Assembly (NCBI GenBank): GCA_943357895.1 | Contig: CALRGO010000004.1 | Location: forward strand, 1-44,190 | Source: Parcubacteria group bacterium | Lineage (GTDB): Bacteria; Patescibacteriota; Minisyncoccia; UBA6257; UBA11618 | DNA: 44,190 nt | Direction: 5' to 3' | Shown: piece after piece, positions 1-9,308 of the stretch | Layout: the number at the start of each line of letters is the position of its first letter | Numbering within the stretch: the stretch's first letter is position 1 | Translations under genes and position numbers: made by a program | The notes under the pieces: generated by a model | The model's database searches: none | Told to the model about the DNA's origin: nothing | What the model saw: the letters and a program-made list of their open reading frames with translations, nothing else

Positions 1-180
1 AGCGAAACGGGCGCCTACGGGTATGCGGAGCTCGTGCCGACGCTCATGAAGCGGAAGATTACGATAAGTAATTCAACGGATGGTGAAAAGATATCCGTCG
101 GGTCGCGCGTTAATTGGATAACCCGCGGCGGGGGAAAATTCGACATTAATTTAGAAAGTCATGTATTCCACTGGAGATAA
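1..180 (+). CDS. 3' end of an ORF that starts upstream of the window; product unknown, lies directly upstream of a pilin-like gene
   Basis: Frame 1 is open from base 1 to TAA at 178-180 (...SRVNWITRGGGKFDINLESHVFHWR*). No recognisable motif. Confidence 0.3.
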   Translation, partial: SETGAYGYAELVPTLMKRKITISNSTDGEKISVGSRVNWITRGGGKFDINLESHVFHWR

Positions 181-181
181 T

Positions 182-655
182 ATGAAAAGTCAGCAAGGAT
201 TTACAATCATAGAATTGATGGTGGCGATGAGCTTATTCGTCATTGTGGTGGGCATTACTTCCGGCACGTTTGTACGGTCGCTCCGCACCCAGCGGCAATT
301 GGTCGCCCTAATGGCCGCGAACGACAATGCGAGTCAGACGTTAGAGCAGATGACGCGCGAAATCCGCACGGGTATGGCCTTTGCGGTAAGCGGCAGCAGG
401 CTGTCGTTTACGAACGCCACGGACGAGCGCGTGGTGTACGATCTTACGGGTAACCGTATTGAGCGCAACGGCAAGGCCCTTACGGCGTCGAACGTATTTG
501 TTAAATACCTTCGGTTTTCCGTGCGCGGGGCGGAGGTGGGGGACGGCATATCCACCCGCGTAACGGTCTTTTTGGGTGTAAGTGCGAAAGGGAAAATGGA
601 GTCGTTCGTCACGCGTCTGCAGACGACGGTCGCTTCGCGCGTACTTGATGGCTGA
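182..655 (+). CDS. Type IV pilin-like / pseudopilin protein with prepilin N-terminal cleavage-methylation motif
   Basis: MKSQQGFTIIELMVAMSLFVIVVG shows the G|FT.IE motif followed by a hydrophobic helix. GGAGA lies 4 nt upstream of ATG 182, so the ORF-track start at 161 is less likely. This is the only CDS in the window ending in TGA (653-655). Confidence 0.8.
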   Translation: MKSQQGFTIIELMVAMSLFVIVVGITSGTFVRSLRTQRQLVALMAANDNASQTLEQMTREIRTGMAFAVSGSRLSFTNATDERVVYDLTGNRIERNGKALTASNVFVKYLRFSVRGAEVGDGISTRVTVFLGVSAKGKMESFVTRLQTTVASRVLDG

Positions 656-687
656 CGGTTTTCCGTGCCATACTAGCGCTACTGATT

Positions 688-1149
688 ATGAAAGAACAAT
701 ACTACCTGACAGCGGAGCGTTTCGAGGAATTAAAGACGGAGCTTGTTAATTTAAAGACGGTCCGCCGTTTGGAAGTAGCAGACCGCTTAAAGCGTGCTAA
801 AGAGCTGGGCGACTTGTCTGAAAACGCGGAATACTCCGAAGCCCGTGAAGAGCAGGCCGTTGTTGAGTCCCGCATCTTCGAGGTAGAGGATATGATCAAG
901 AACGCCGTCATTATCAAGACTGGCACGGATTCTAAGCTTGTTGAGATTGGCTCCTCGGTAGTTGTAAGCAAGGGTGGTAAGGAGATGACATACCACATCG
1001 TAGGGTCTAACGAGACGAAGCCGGAAGATGGTTACATCTCTAACGAATCGCCGCTTGGTAAGGCATTTTTGGGAAAGAAGCCGGGGGAGGAAGTTACAGT
1101 AACAACGCCGAAGGGCGATGTGAAATACAGCATCGTAAAAATAGGATAA
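688..1149 (+). CDS. greA: Transcription elongation factor GreA
   Basis: 153 aa. It has an N-terminal coiled coil (LTAERFEELKTEL..., GDLSENAEYSEAREEQ) and a C-terminal GreA/B domain (ISNESPLGKAFLGKKPGEEV). Confidence 0.9.
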   Translation: MKEQYYLTAERFEELKTELVNLKTVRRLEVADRLKRAKELGDLSENAEYSEAREEQAVVESRIFEVEDMIKNAVIIKTGTDSKLVEIGSSVVVSKGGKEMTYHIVGSNETKPEDGYISNESPLGKAFLGKKPGEEVTVTTPKGDVKYSIVKIG

Positions 1150-1182
1150 GAACTCTTTCGTGCTAAACTTTTAGCAGAATCG

Positions 1183-2613
1183 ATGGCAGAACAGGACTTA
1201 ATTAACGAGCGCTTAAAAAAGCTCGAAGCGTTTCGTAAGGCGGGTGAAGAGCCCTATCCTTCGTCTTCGCACCGCTCGGTAAAAGCCGCGGATGCCACGG
1301 TAGGCGAAGCGTTCGTTACCGTTGCCGGCCGCATACGCGGAAAGCGCGGGCAAGGTGGCGTGATTTTTTTAGATATATGGGACGAGAGCGGTAAGATACA
1401 GTCCGTGGCGCGCGAGGACGGTTGCGCTGACTACGTTTTATTCCGCGATAATTTGGATTTAGGGGATTTCGTAGAAGTATCCGGTAAAGTATTTACGACC
1501 GATCGTGGCGAGAAGAGCGTCGAAACGAAATCTATTCGTTTACTTGCAAAAGGATTGCGTCCGTTGCCAGACCAGTGGTCCGGCTTAGAAGACGTTGAGA
1601 TCCGCTTGCGCAAGCGGTACTTAGACACGCTTGCAAACCCCGAAGTGCGCGAAATTTTTATAAAGAAAGCCGCGTTTTGGGACGCACTGCGTGGCACGCT
1701 CAAAAAAGCCGGTTTTTTGGAGGTTGATATGCCGGCCTTAGAAACCGTCGCGGGTGGGGCGGATGCGGAGCCGTTTGTAACGCACCACAACGCCTTGGAT
1801 ACCGATTTTAATTTGCGCATATCGCTTGAGCTGCCTTTAAAGAAGATGCTCGTGGGCGGCTTTGAGCGCGTGTTCGAAATAGGCCGCGTGTTTAGGAACG
1901 AGGGGATAGACCGCGAACACTTGCAGGACTACATTCAGTGCGAATTTTACGCTGCCTATTGGGATTATAAGGATTTAATGAAGTTCGTCGAAAAGGCGTA
2001 CAAAGCGATTATCAAAAAGACCACGGGCGGTATGACGACCGTGTGGCAGGGGAATACGATTGAATGGGGTGGTAAATGGCCGAAGGTTGATTACGCGAAA
2101 ATCTTTAAAGAAAAGACGGGTCTTGATGTGCTCGAGGCGCCAATACATGAATTATTGGAGGCCGGCAAAAAGTTCGGCGCTAAAGTATGGCCGGAGATGG
2201 GCCGTGGGCGCATGATAGACGCGGTGTATAAAAAAGCCGTGCGCCCTAGCTTAATCCAGCCATGCTTCCTTATTAACCACCCGCTCGAGTTATCGCCCTT
2301 AGCAAAGCGCAGTGCAAAGAATGGGCGTATGGTGGAACGCATGCAGGTGGTTGCGTGTGCCTCAGAAATTGGTAACGGCTTTTCGGAGCTTAATGACCCC
2401 GTAGATCAGCGTGGTAGGTTTGAAGAGCAAATGCGCCTGCGTGCCGCGGGGGACGCGGAGGCACAGCCTATGGACGAAGAATTCGTTGAGGCTCTTGAAT
2501 ACGGCATGCCGCCCGCGGCAGGCTTTGGCCTTTCGGAGCGCATGTTTTCAATCCTTATGGATAAGTCAGTGCGCGAGACGGTCGTCTTTCCTTTGATGAA
2601 GCCGCGGAAATAA
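1183..2613 (+). CDS. lysS: Lysyl-tRNA synthetase, class II
   Basis: 476 aa. It has an OB-fold N-domain, class II motifs (FRNEGID.EH, EFYAAY, GFGLSERM) and typical LysRS architecture. Confidence 0.93.
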   Translation: MAEQDLINERLKKLEAFRKAGEEPYPSSSHRSVKAADATVGEAFVTVAGRIRGKRGQGGVIFLDIWDESGKIQSVAREDGCADYVLFRDNLDLGDFVEVSGKVFTTDRGEKSVETKSIRLLAKGLRPLPDQWSGLEDVEIRLRKRYLDTLANPEVREIFIKKAAFWDALRGTLKKAGFLEVDMPALETVAGGADAEPFVTHHNALDTDFNLRISLELPLKKMLVGGFERVFEIGRVFRNEGIDREHLQDYIQCEFYAAYWDYKDLMKFVEKAYKAIIKKTTGGMTTVWQGNTIEWGGKWPKVDYAKIFKEKTGLDVLEAPIHELLEAGKKFGAKVWPEMGRGRMIDAVYKKAVRPSLIQPCFLINHPLELSPLAKRSAKNGRMVERMQVVACASEIGNGFSELNDPVDQRGRFEEQMRLRAAGDAEAQPMDEEFVEALEYGMPPAAGFGLSERMFSILMDKSVRETVVFPLMKPRK

Positions 2614-2617
2614 AACT

Positions 2618-3835
2618 ATGATAGACATAAAAATAATTAGGGATAATGCCGACACCGTCCGTAAGGGTTTACTAAAGCGCGGTAAGGATGAAAAGCTCGT
2701 TGATGAATTTTTAGCGCTCGATGTAAAGTGGCGTGCGGCTTCTACTGCGCTTGATGTAGAGCGCGCAGCACAAAACGAATTATCGAAGGCGCGCGATGTT
2801 GAGGGCGCAAAGGCGAAGAAGGCGGCGGTAAAAGAACTGGAGGTAGCACTAACGGCGCTCGAAGTAGAGCGTAATGCCTTACTCCAAAAGTTTCCCAATA
2901 CGCCGATGGATAGCGTGCCGGAAGGCCGTGACGATTCGGCAAACGTCGTAGTACGCGAAGTTGGCACGAAGCGGGAATTTAGTTTCCCTGTAAAAGATTA
3001 TTTGACGATTGCCGAGGGCTTGGGCGTGATAGATGTTAAAAAAGCTGCGGAAGTCTCCGGCAGCCGGTTCGGTTACTTAAAGGGTAAAGCGGCGCTTCTT
3101 GAATTCGCTTTAGTGCAGTTCGCTATGAAGAAATTAGCCGCGAAGGGCTTTACGCCCGTAGTGCCCCCCGTGATGATTCGCCCCGAAGTATTTATGGGCA
3201 TGGGTCGCTTAGCGGCAGATCAAAAAGACGAGCGGTATTATTTGCCGGCAGATGATTTGTACTTAGTAGGTAGTGCGGAACATACATTAGGGCCTATTCA
3301 TATGGACGAAGTTTTACGGGAGAAAGATTTGCCTAAGCGGTATGTCGCGTTCTCAACCTGCTTCAGGCGCGAGGCAGGTTCATACGGCAAGGACACAAAA
3401 GGGATTTTGCGCGTGCACCAGTTTGATAAGGTAGAAATGTTTTCGTTTGCATCGCCCGAAAAGTCCGCGGAGGAGCACCAGTTTTTACTTTCGTGCCAAG
3501 AAGAAATTTTAAGCGACTTGAAGTTGCCGTACCGTGTCGTAGAAATCTGCGGAGGCGACATGGGCTGGACGGACGCGAAGGCGTACGACTGCGAAACGTG
3601 GCTGCCGGCCCAAAACGCCGGCCTCGGCGAATACCGTGAAACGAACTCCTGCTCCAACACCACGGACTTCCAGGCCCGCGGCATTAACGTGAAAACTGAC
3701 AAGGGCGTGTACGCTCACATGTTAAACGCTACGGGCATCGCCATAGGCCGCATCATCATTGCAATTATCGAAAACTACCAAACGGCAGAAGGCGACTTCG
3801 AGATTCCCGAGGTGTTGAAGATATATATAGATTAA
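2618..3835 (+). CDS. serS: Seryl-tRNA synthetase
   Basis: 405 aa. It has an N-terminal coiled-coil arm, motifs FRREAGSYGKDTKGILRVHQF and TNSCSNTTDFQARG, and GRIIIAIIENYQ at the C-terminus. Confidence 0.93.
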   Translation: MIDIKIIRDNADTVRKGLLKRGKDEKLVDEFLALDVKWRAASTALDVERAAQNELSKARDVEGAKAKKAAVKELEVALTALEVERNALLQKFPNTPMDSVPEGRDDSANVVVREVGTKREFSFPVKDYLTIAEGLGVIDVKKAAEVSGSRFGYLKGKAALLEFALVQFAMKKLAAKGFTPVVPPVMIRPEVFMGMGRLAADQKDERYYLPADDLYLVGSAEHTLGPIHMDEVLREKDLPKRYVAFSTCFRREAGSYGKDTKGILRVHQFDKVEMFSFASPEKSAEEHQFLLSCQEEILSDLKLPYRVVEICGGDMGWTDAKAYDCETWLPAQNAGLGEYRETNSCSNTTDFQARGINVKTDKGVYAHMLNATGIAIGRIIIAIIENYQTAEGDFEIPEVLKIYID

Positions 3836-3842
3836 TTCTTTC

Positions 3843-4949
3843 ATGGAACACCGTTATAAGGTGTGGCTGGAAGTGAGTGAGGCCAGCGTGCGGAAGAATA
3901 TCCGTACGTTCCGCGGGCTTTTGGATACAAAGACGCAGTTGTACGCGGTGGTTAAGTCTAATGCATACGGCCATGGGCTTTTGCAGTTTTCGGAAATGGC
4001 GGACAGGGTTAGCGTGGACGGTTTTTGCGTGGACTCCGTCGTAGAGGGCGTAAAGCTTCGCACGCACGGTATTACGAAGCCGATTCTGGTATTGGGCTAC
4101 ACGTTGCCGGCGCTCTATGCTGTGGCGGCGAAGAATAGTATTACGGTTACTATTTCTAATAACGAAGCTCTTGTGGCATGGAGTAAGGCGAAAGCTAAGC
4201 CGCAGTTCCATATAAAGATCGATACCGGCATGCACCGACAGGGTTTTCAGTTAGAGGGCTTACCCGTGGTTATTAAAAAACTTACGAAGTCTGACGTTAA
4301 AAAATATTTCGTCGGCGTATATACCCACTTCGCGATGGCGAAGAATCGCGACGATAAAGCGTTTACGCAGAAGCAGCTCGGAGTATTTAAAGAAGTATGC
4401 CCGATTTTCGAGAAAGCTGGTTTTAATAATCTCGTCCGTCACGCATCGGCCACAGGCGGAACACTCCTTGGTAATGAATTCCATATGGACTTGGTGCGCG
4501 TGGGCATTGGCCTCTACGGCATATGGCCATCTGCAGAACTCGAAGGTCAGTTGAGTAAAAAAATAACCCTCGTGCCGGCACTTAGTTTGCATTCCGTCAT
4601 CAGCGAAATAAAAGAAATTAAAAATGGCGAGGGCGTGGGCTACGATATGACGGAGCGCGTAGCGCATGACACGAAGCTTGCGGTAATCCCCATAGGCTAT
4701 TGGCACGGCATGCCACGCACCGCTTCGTCTGTGGGTTGCGTATGGATCGGTAAAAATAAGGCGAAGATACTAGGTCGCGTTTCGATGGATATGATAGTGG
4801 TGGATATCACAGGCGTTCCGTGTAAAGTCGGTGCTGAAATAGTTATTTATCCGCTTGAACTAGCTGAGAGCATCAATGCCTCTCCCTACGAAGTAATAAC
4901 CCGCATCAACCCCTTAATTCATAAAAAAATTAAAGATTTAATAAAATAA
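3843..4949 (+). CDS. alr: Alanine racemase
   Basis: 368 aa. The PLP-lysine motif AVVKSNAYGHG is present, with a C-terminal GYWHG...ILGRVSMDM pattern. Confidence 0.9.
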   Translation: MEHRYKVWLEVSEASVRKNIRTFRGLLDTKTQLYAVVKSNAYGHGLLQFSEMADRVSVDGFCVDSVVEGVKLRTHGITKPILVLGYTLPALYAVAAKNSITVTISNNEALVAWSKAKAKPQFHIKIDTGMHRQGFQLEGLPVVIKKLTKSDVKKYFVGVYTHFAMAKNRDDKAFTQKQLGVFKEVCPIFEKAGFNNLVRHASATGGTLLGNEFHMDLVRVGIGLYGIWPSAELEGQLSKKITLVPALSLHSVISEIKEIKNGEGVGYDMTERVAHDTKLAVIPIGYWHGMPRTASSVGCVWIGKNKAKILGRVSMDMIVVDITGVPCKVGAEIVIYPLELAESINASPYEVITRINPLIHKKIKDLIK

Positions 4950-4953
4950 TCCT

Positions 4954-7647
4954 ATGGCAATAATGCAACAGATTGTATGGCATACAAAAACAGTCCCCGA
5001 TGTTCTTGATGTGCTTCATTCGCGGGAGCATGGTCTGACAAAAGAAGAAGCGACCGAGCGGTTTCAAAAATATGGACGAAATTATCTTCCCGAAGGGAAG
5101 GTTGATAGTGTATTCCTTATTTTCTTCCGGCAATTTCAAAGTCCGCTGATTTATATTCTCTTTGCCGCGGCAGGTATTGTTTTTATGATGGGGTCGGCAA
5201 TTGATGCCTTGATTATTTTTATAGTACTTCTTTTTAATGCGATTCTAGGAACATTTCAGGAGGGTAAAGCACAAAACACACTTCTTGCCTTAAAAAAGTT
5301 TACCGAAACTTCCGCTACTGTATTACGCGATGGTATGGAGATTGTAATCGCAGATACCGAGGTACTGCCCGGGGATATTATTGTATTGCAAGAAGGAGAA
5401 AAAGTGCCGGCTGATGCTCGAATTATTTTTGCCAATACTCTGAAAATTGATGAGGCAAGTCTTACGGGAGAATCAGAGCCCGTGACTAAAACCGAGGCAG
5501 TGGTATTAGCCGATAATCTATCGGTTGCAGATCAGAAAAATATGGTATTCAAGGGCACGCTCATTTTGAGTGGAAACGGCAGGGCGGTTGTTGTGGCGAC
5601 AGGATTCACAACAGAGATTGGGAAAATTGCGCAGAAAATATCATCGATTGATACCGAGATTCCCCTGAAAGCTAACATCCGTTATCTCTCTAGAATTATT
5701 GTCGTTACGGTGGCTCTTATCAGTGTCTCATTGATTATTCTCGGCGTGTTTTCCGGTAAATCTCTTAGAGAGATGTTTACCACCGCAGTGGCGCTTTCGG
5801 TCTCAATAATTCCGGAGGGTTTGCCAATTGTAATGACCTTGGTTTTGGCAACGGGCGTTTTTCGAATGTCGAAGCGTAACGTGCTAGTGAAACGACTACA
5901 AGCGGTGGAGGCATTAGGGCAGACAAAAGTTATTGCTGTGGATAAAACGGGGACGCTCACCAGAAACGAGATGGTTATTCAGCGAGTGTATGTGGATGAT
6001 GCAATTTTTAGTATCACCGGTAGTGGATACGAGCCAAAGGGCGAAGTAATTTTTGATGGCAAGGTTATTGACCCCTTACATCATCCCGAGCTGCTTTTTA
6101 GTGGAAGAATTGCGGCATTCTGTGCCAACGCACGACTATCATATTTCCAAGAAACCGGTCTTTGGAAGATTATAGGTGATCCAACCGAGGCGGCGATGGT
6201 GGTGCTTTCTGAAAAAATTGGATTTCGCCACGATACTCTAGAGCAGGAAACACCGAAAGTTTTTGAATTACCGTTTGACTATCAAAAAAAGTATCGCGCT
6301 ACCATTCGAGTAGTTGATGGTAAGAACTTTCTTACTGTCGTTGGCGCGCCAGAGTCAGTACTCTTACTTTGTAAAAATATCTGGCATAAAGATGGAGTCG
6401 AGACTCTAAGTGAAGAAAAGAAAAAAGAATTAGAATCAGTTTTTCATAATCTTGCGCAAAACGGTTTTAGGGTGGTGGCGTATGCCATACATCAAGACAC
6501 CGCCCGAAGCGTTGATGGAGATGCAATACCACCGCTTACTTTTGTCGGTTTTTTTGGTATGAGTGATGCGCTCCGCGGCGAAGTTAAAGAAGCAATGCAA
6601 AGAGTACGAGTGGCGGATATGCGCGTGGTGATGATTACGGGTGATCATCGTCTTACGGCGCAGGCAATTGCCAAAGAGGCAGATATTTGGCGCGAAGGCG
6701 ACAGTGTTCTTACGGGAGAAGAAATAGACAAGATGTCTGATGAGGAGTTGACAGAGAAGCTCGCTAGCACCACAGTCTTTGCGCGAGTCACACCAGATCA
6801 CAAGCTCCGCATCATTCAGGCCTACCGCAAGCGAGGGGAGGTTGTAGCTATGACCGGAGACGGCGTGAATGATGCGCCCTCACTTGTTGCCGCTGACATT
6901 GGTGTCGCCATGGGGAAAATTGGAACAGAGGTAGCAAAGGAAGCCTCAGACATTGTGCTTTTAGATGATAACTTCGCAAGTATAGTTTCAGCGGCTGAAG
7001 AAGGTAGAAGCATTTATAAAACAATTAAGAAAGTCCTTACCTTTCTCTTTTCTACGAGCACTGGCGAGGTAATTAATATCACGGGGGCGCTTATTCTAAA
7101 ATGGCCAATCCCACTCCTTCCGTCTCAGATTATTTGGCTTAATTTTGTTACTGATGGATTTCTGTCGGTAGCACTTGCCATGGAGCCAAAAGAAAAGGGA
7201 CTGATGCAGGGAAAATTTGAGCGACCAAAGAAATGGATTGTGGACGGTTTTATGGTTAAGAGAATGCTCTTGATGGCTCCCGTAATGGGGCTTGGAACAC
7301 TGTATCTTTTCAGTCAATATTTCGAAGTAGATCTTGCGAAGGGGTGGACTATTGCTCTTACCACCATGGCTGTCTTCCAATGGTTTAATGCTTGGAATTG
7401 CAGATCCGAAAGTAAATCTATTTTCCAAATGAATCCTTTTTCTAATATGTATTTAGTGGGTGCAACTGTAATGGTTATATGTTTGCAACTTACTGCAGTT
7501 TATACGCCGTTTTTACAGAAAGTCCTTCATACTGTACCGCTCTCTTTTAATGAGTGGCTCGTTCTTACGTCTGTCGCCACTTCCGTTGTTTTTGTTGAGG
7601 AGATACGTAAATTCTTTTACCGAAGAAAATTGGTAGCATACATATAA
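4954..7647 (+). CDS. P-type cation-transporting ATPase (P2/Ca2+-type-like, E1-E2 family)
   Basis: 897 aa. It carries TGES, the PEGLP transmembrane motif, the phosphorylation site DKTGTLT, and MTGDGVNDAPSL. It is AT-richer than its neighbours. Confidence 0.9.
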   Translation: MAIMQQIVWHTKTVPDVLDVLHSREHGLTKEEATERFQKYGRNYLPEGKVDSVFLIFFRQFQSPLIYILFAAAGIVFMMGSAIDALIIFIVLLFNAILGTFQEGKAQNTLLALKKFTETSATVLRDGMEIVIADTEVLPGDIIVLQEGEKVPADARIIFANTLKIDEASLTGESEPVTKTEAVVLADNLSVADQKNMVFKGTLILSGNGRAVVVATGFTTEIGKIAQKISSIDTEIPLKANIRYLSRIIVVTVALISVSLIILGVFSGKSLREMFTTAVALSVSIIPEGLPIVMTLVLATGVFRMSKRNVLVKRLQAVEALGQTKVIAVDKTGTLTRNEMVIQRVYVDDAIFSITGSGYEPKGEVIFDGKVIDPLHHPELLFSGRIAAFCANARLSYFQETGLWKIIGDPTEAAMVVLSEKIGFRHDTLEQETPKVFELPFDYQKKYRATIRVVDGKNFLTVVGAPESVLLLCKNIWHKDGVETLSEEKKKELESVFHNLAQNGFRVVAYAIHQDTARSVDGDAIPPLTFVGFFGMSDALRGEVKEAMQRVRVADMRVVMITGDHRLTAQAIAKEADIWREGDSVLTGEEIDKMSDEELTEKLASTTVFARVTPDHKLRIIQAYRKRGEVVAMTGDGVNDAPSLVAADIGVAMGKIGTEVAKEASDIVLLDDNFASIVSAAEEGRSIYKTIKKVLTFLFSTSTGEVINITGALILKWPIPLLPSQIIWLNFVTDGFLSVALAMEPKEKGLMQGKFERPKKWIVDGFMVKRMLLMAPVMGLGTLYLFSQYFEVDLAKGWTIALTTMAVFQWFNAWNCRSESKSIFQMNPFSNMYLVGATVMVICLQLTAVYTPFLQKVLHTVPLSFNEWLVLTSVATSVVFVEEIRKFFYRRKLVAYI

Positions 7648-7683
7648 AAGTATTAAAGTCGTAGTTGGGAGTATACTGTACGT

Positions 7684-8286
7684 ATGCTTCGCCCGCAGAA
7701 AAAGAAAAATTGGCTGCGTTGTATTATATCCTTTGCTTTTCTTGGGCTCTTTATTTTTATCGGCGTGCGTTTTTATGTGCAGATTGCGCGGTATGCGGCA
7801 AACGTGTGGCTTGTAGTTAGAAAGCCCGAAATAGCTTCTGTATTACATGCGCTTCGGCGCGAAGACTTCGGGATGTTGTGCGTAAAAGATTTATCTGGCG
7901 CGGATAGTTGTTATGTTTTCGATAAGGAGGGTTTGATATTCGAAGCCGCAAACGTTGTGGTAGGGGACGTAATCGCGCGCGTGGACGACGCTTCGGACTT
8001 CAAGCCCGCTTTGGGTGCGATGTTTACGGATCCGGACGTATGGGGGAATATGGTGCCGCTTGTCGCGTACGTTAAAGACGGCTTACCGCGGGGGCGTATG
8101 GAGTTTACCCGTGCTGGGAGGGAGCTTGTAATCACGCTTACGGACAGCGGTACGAAACTCTACTTCAGCCTCGGGTTCGACCCGAGTGAGCATATCCGTG
8201 CTTTGAAAGAGCTCTCGAAGACCCTCCCGCTCGAAACGCTCCAGTACGCCGACTTGCGCGTGAAGGGGCGGGTGTTCTATAAATAA
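7684..8286 (+). CDS. Membrane-anchored hypothetical protein, possibly FtsQ/DivIB-like
   Basis: 200 aa with a basic N-terminus and one TM helix. The C-terminal YADLRVKGRVFYK resembles the conserved end of FtsQ-type proteins, but similarity is weak. TATACT (7672-7677) lies 6 nt upstream of the ATG. Confidence 0.35.
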   Translation: MLRPQKKKNWLRCIISFAFLGLFIFIGVRFYVQIARYAANVWLVVRKPEIASVLHALRREDFGMLCVKDLSGADSCYVFDKEGLIFEAANVVVGDVIARVDDASDFKPALGAMFTDPDVWGNMVPLVAYVKDGLPRGRMEFTRAGRELVITLTDSGTKLYFSLGFDPSEHIRALKELSKTLPLETLQYADLRVKGRVFYK

Positions 8287-8297
8287 GTCTCCTTATT

Positions 8298-9308
8298 ATG
8301 AAAAAACTATCCATCGGTATCGTGGGGCTGCCTAACGTCGGTAAGTCGACGCTTTTTAAGCTACTTACGAAGCAGGATGTGAACATCGCTAACTATCCAT
8401 TTTGCACTATCGACCCGAATATTGGCATCGTTTCCGTTCCGGATAGCCGACTTACTGATCTCGCGGAGCTTTCGGAATCTAAAAAAATAGTCCCTGCTAT
8501 TGTTGAATTTTATGATATTGCGGGGCTCGTTAAGGGGGCGGCAAGCGGCGAAGGGCTCGGTAACCAGTTCCTTTCGCATATACGCGAAACGAACGCCGTT
8601 GTTATGGTGCTTCGCTGTTTTGGCGGCACGGAGATTACCCACGTAGAAAATTCCGTGGACCCCTTGCGCGATATGGGTATTATCAACGCCGAGCTCGCGC
8701 TGAAGGATTTGGAGACGGTCGAGAGGCGCATAGTTTCTCTCGGCGCCGAAGCGCGCGGCGGCAAAAAAGAAGCCGTAGTCGCGTTGCCGATAATGGAAAA
8801 GATAAAAACCGCCCTTATGGAGGGCGGATCGATTTATGAATATGCGGACGAGCCCGAAGTACGTTCGTTGCAGCTCCTAACCATGAAGCGGCAAATATGC
8901 CTATTAAATGGCACCACAGACGATGTGCCGGAAGATTTAAAAGCTGAGTTAGCTCAAAAAGGAATCGCTTATGTGGTGGCAAATGTTAGTGATGAGGCGG
9001 GCGCGAAAGATGCCTTAGCTTCGATGATACGCGAAGCCTACACAACGCTTAATTTAATAAGCTTCTTTACGACAGGGGAGGAAGAAACACGTGCATGGAC
9101 TATTCGCCGCGGGGCGAAGGCGCCGGAGGCTGCCGGAACGATCCATGGCGACTTTGAAAACAAGTTTATCCGTGCCGAAACAGTTTCTACGGAAGCCTTA
9201 CTCGAAGCGGGGAGTTGGTCGCAAGCAAAAGCGAAGGGTAAAATGCGATTAGAGGGGAAGGAGTATGTAGTCGCAGACGGCGACGTGATGGTTATACGGC
9301 ACGGCTAG
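8298..9308 (+). CDS. ychF: Ribosome-binding ATPase YchF (Obg-family GTPase/ATPase)
   Basis: It has the P-loop GIVGLPNVGKSTLF, NYPFCTIDPN, and a C-terminal TGS-like FFTTGEEETRAWTIRRGAKAPEAAGTIHGDFE. Confidence 0.9.
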   Translation: MKKLSIGIVGLPNVGKSTLFKLLTKQDVNIANYPFCTIDPNIGIVSVPDSRLTDLAELSESKKIVPAIVEFYDIAGLVKGAASGEGLGNQFLSHIRETNAVVMVLRCFGGTEITHVENSVDPLRDMGIINAELALKDLETVERRIVSLGAEARGGKKEAVVALPIMEKIKTALMEGGSIYEYADEPEVRSLQLLTMKRQICLLNGTTDDVPEDLKAELAQKGIAYVVANVSDEAGAKDALASMIREAYTTLNLISFFTTGEEETRAWTIRRGAKAPEAAGTIHGDFENKFIRAETVSTEALLEAGSWSQAKAKGKMRLEGKEYVVADGDVMVIRHG

